Under the pieces are notes generated by a model that saw only the letters and a list, made by a program, of their open reading frames with translations, was not told where the DNA came from and searched no databases. Shown here in pieces: positions 8,046 to 8,995 of a DNA stretch of 8,995 bases (its first letter is position 1; the number at the start of each line of letters is the position of its first letter). A program made the translations under genes and the position numbers. The stretch is from Octopus sinensis (taxonomy: Eukaryota): the NCBI RefSeq assembly GCF_006345805.1, contig NW_021828207.1, positions 1 through 8,995 on the forward strand, read 5' to 3'.

Positions 8046-8464
8046 AATTAACCCAATAAATATCTGATTCATAATATTTGTTCTCATGATTGTGTGGTGG
8101 TTGTGGCGATGATAATTCTCTCTATGAATGCAGACAGACGTAGAGAGAGAGCGAGGATGTGGAAGAAATAGTGACAGCGCTGGCGATGCGGCGGGGGAAA
8201 GATAGTAGACGCTGTCAAACGACGTTATAGAGAAAAAGTGAAAGGAAGGGAGGAAAGAGAGAGACGGCCACGAATGACCCGTCGTTTTTTGTCTGTTTTT
8301 CTAATTGTTGTTTCTCCTGTCCGCCTTTGTATTGTCTATGTGTCCGAATGTTTTATTGTTTCTATTGCATTTTTGTCCCATTTTATATCCTTCAAATGGA
8401 TGTTAAACATCCAAGTCCGCTGGTTCAAGACCAGCAAAGAATGTATTTAAAAAATTTATTTATT

Positions 8465-8523
8465 CAATATTAGTACAATATTGGTACAATATTGGTACAA
8501 TATTGGTACAATATTGGTACAAT
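8465..8523 (+). repeat. 11-bp minisatellite (caatattggta), about 5.4 units
   Basis: One caatattagta unit followed by four perfect caatattggta units and a partial unit. Confidence 0.95.
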
Positions 8524-8967
8524 AAATAAATAAATTATAAAGAAAGGACAAAATATAAGCGTAGACGTTACTTTAATTCAAAGCTGGTACAAATCCAGTA
8601 AAGACTCTAAAAGTTGTTTCCAAGCCTAATTAATACAAAACAAAATGAAATATAATCCTTTTGAAATCACAAATTCGGCTTTTCCTCAAGAATCATTTTT
8701 GGAATGAATGGGTTCAACCAACGAAAATATAAAGACCTTAACAATAGCCCAGAAAGGAGCAAACAATTAAATTATGACAGAAAGAAATTAACCGAACGCC
8801 AGACTGATCAAAAACGGAAAAATATATAAATCCACTTCGGCGTTAAGTCAAGTAACAATTCACAATATATGAATACTTGTTAACGACATTTGCAATTACC
8901 GTCTATACAAAACAAAAAGGAAAAAGACAACCCGCCTACAGGTAAGTAAATGAAAAAAAATAACATA

Positions 8968-8995
8968 GGCGCAGGAGGGGCTGTGTGGTAAGTAG
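8968..8995 (+). mobile_element. Head of another copy of the SINE at 2538-2926, cut by the window end
   Basis: ggcgcaggaggggctgtgtggtaagtag matches ggagcagagtggctgtggggtaagtag. Confidence 0.75.

Noticed and set aside
8654-8694. Decayed minus-strand hammerhead (cttgagga...tcaaaagg)
   Set aside because: Needs several core substitutions and helix II does not pair convincingly.

Overview
AT-rich, microsatellite-dense eukaryotic DNA that looks intergenic or intronic. The SINE families match my recollection of octopus (coleoid cephalopod) repeats; this was not checked against a database. No credible protein-coding gene is present: the listed ORFs are translations of simple repeats or transposon fragments. 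Contents: a hAT-type MITE (84-891) interrupted by a palindromic retro-insertion (267-803); a cluster of about seven tRNA-derived SINE copies (1332-3177); long simple repeats; a near-perfect 156-bp palindrome (5719-5874); a possible non-autonomous Helitron (6630-7530). The highlight is three minimal type I hammerhead ribozyme motifs (356-401 minus, 704-749 plus, 5927-5961 plus), each with a self-complementary ACGU in place of helix III, the form known from Penelope-like retroelements. One lies downstream of an intact Pol III tRNA-like head, suggesting a ribozyme-bearing SINE mobilised by Penelope-type machinery.
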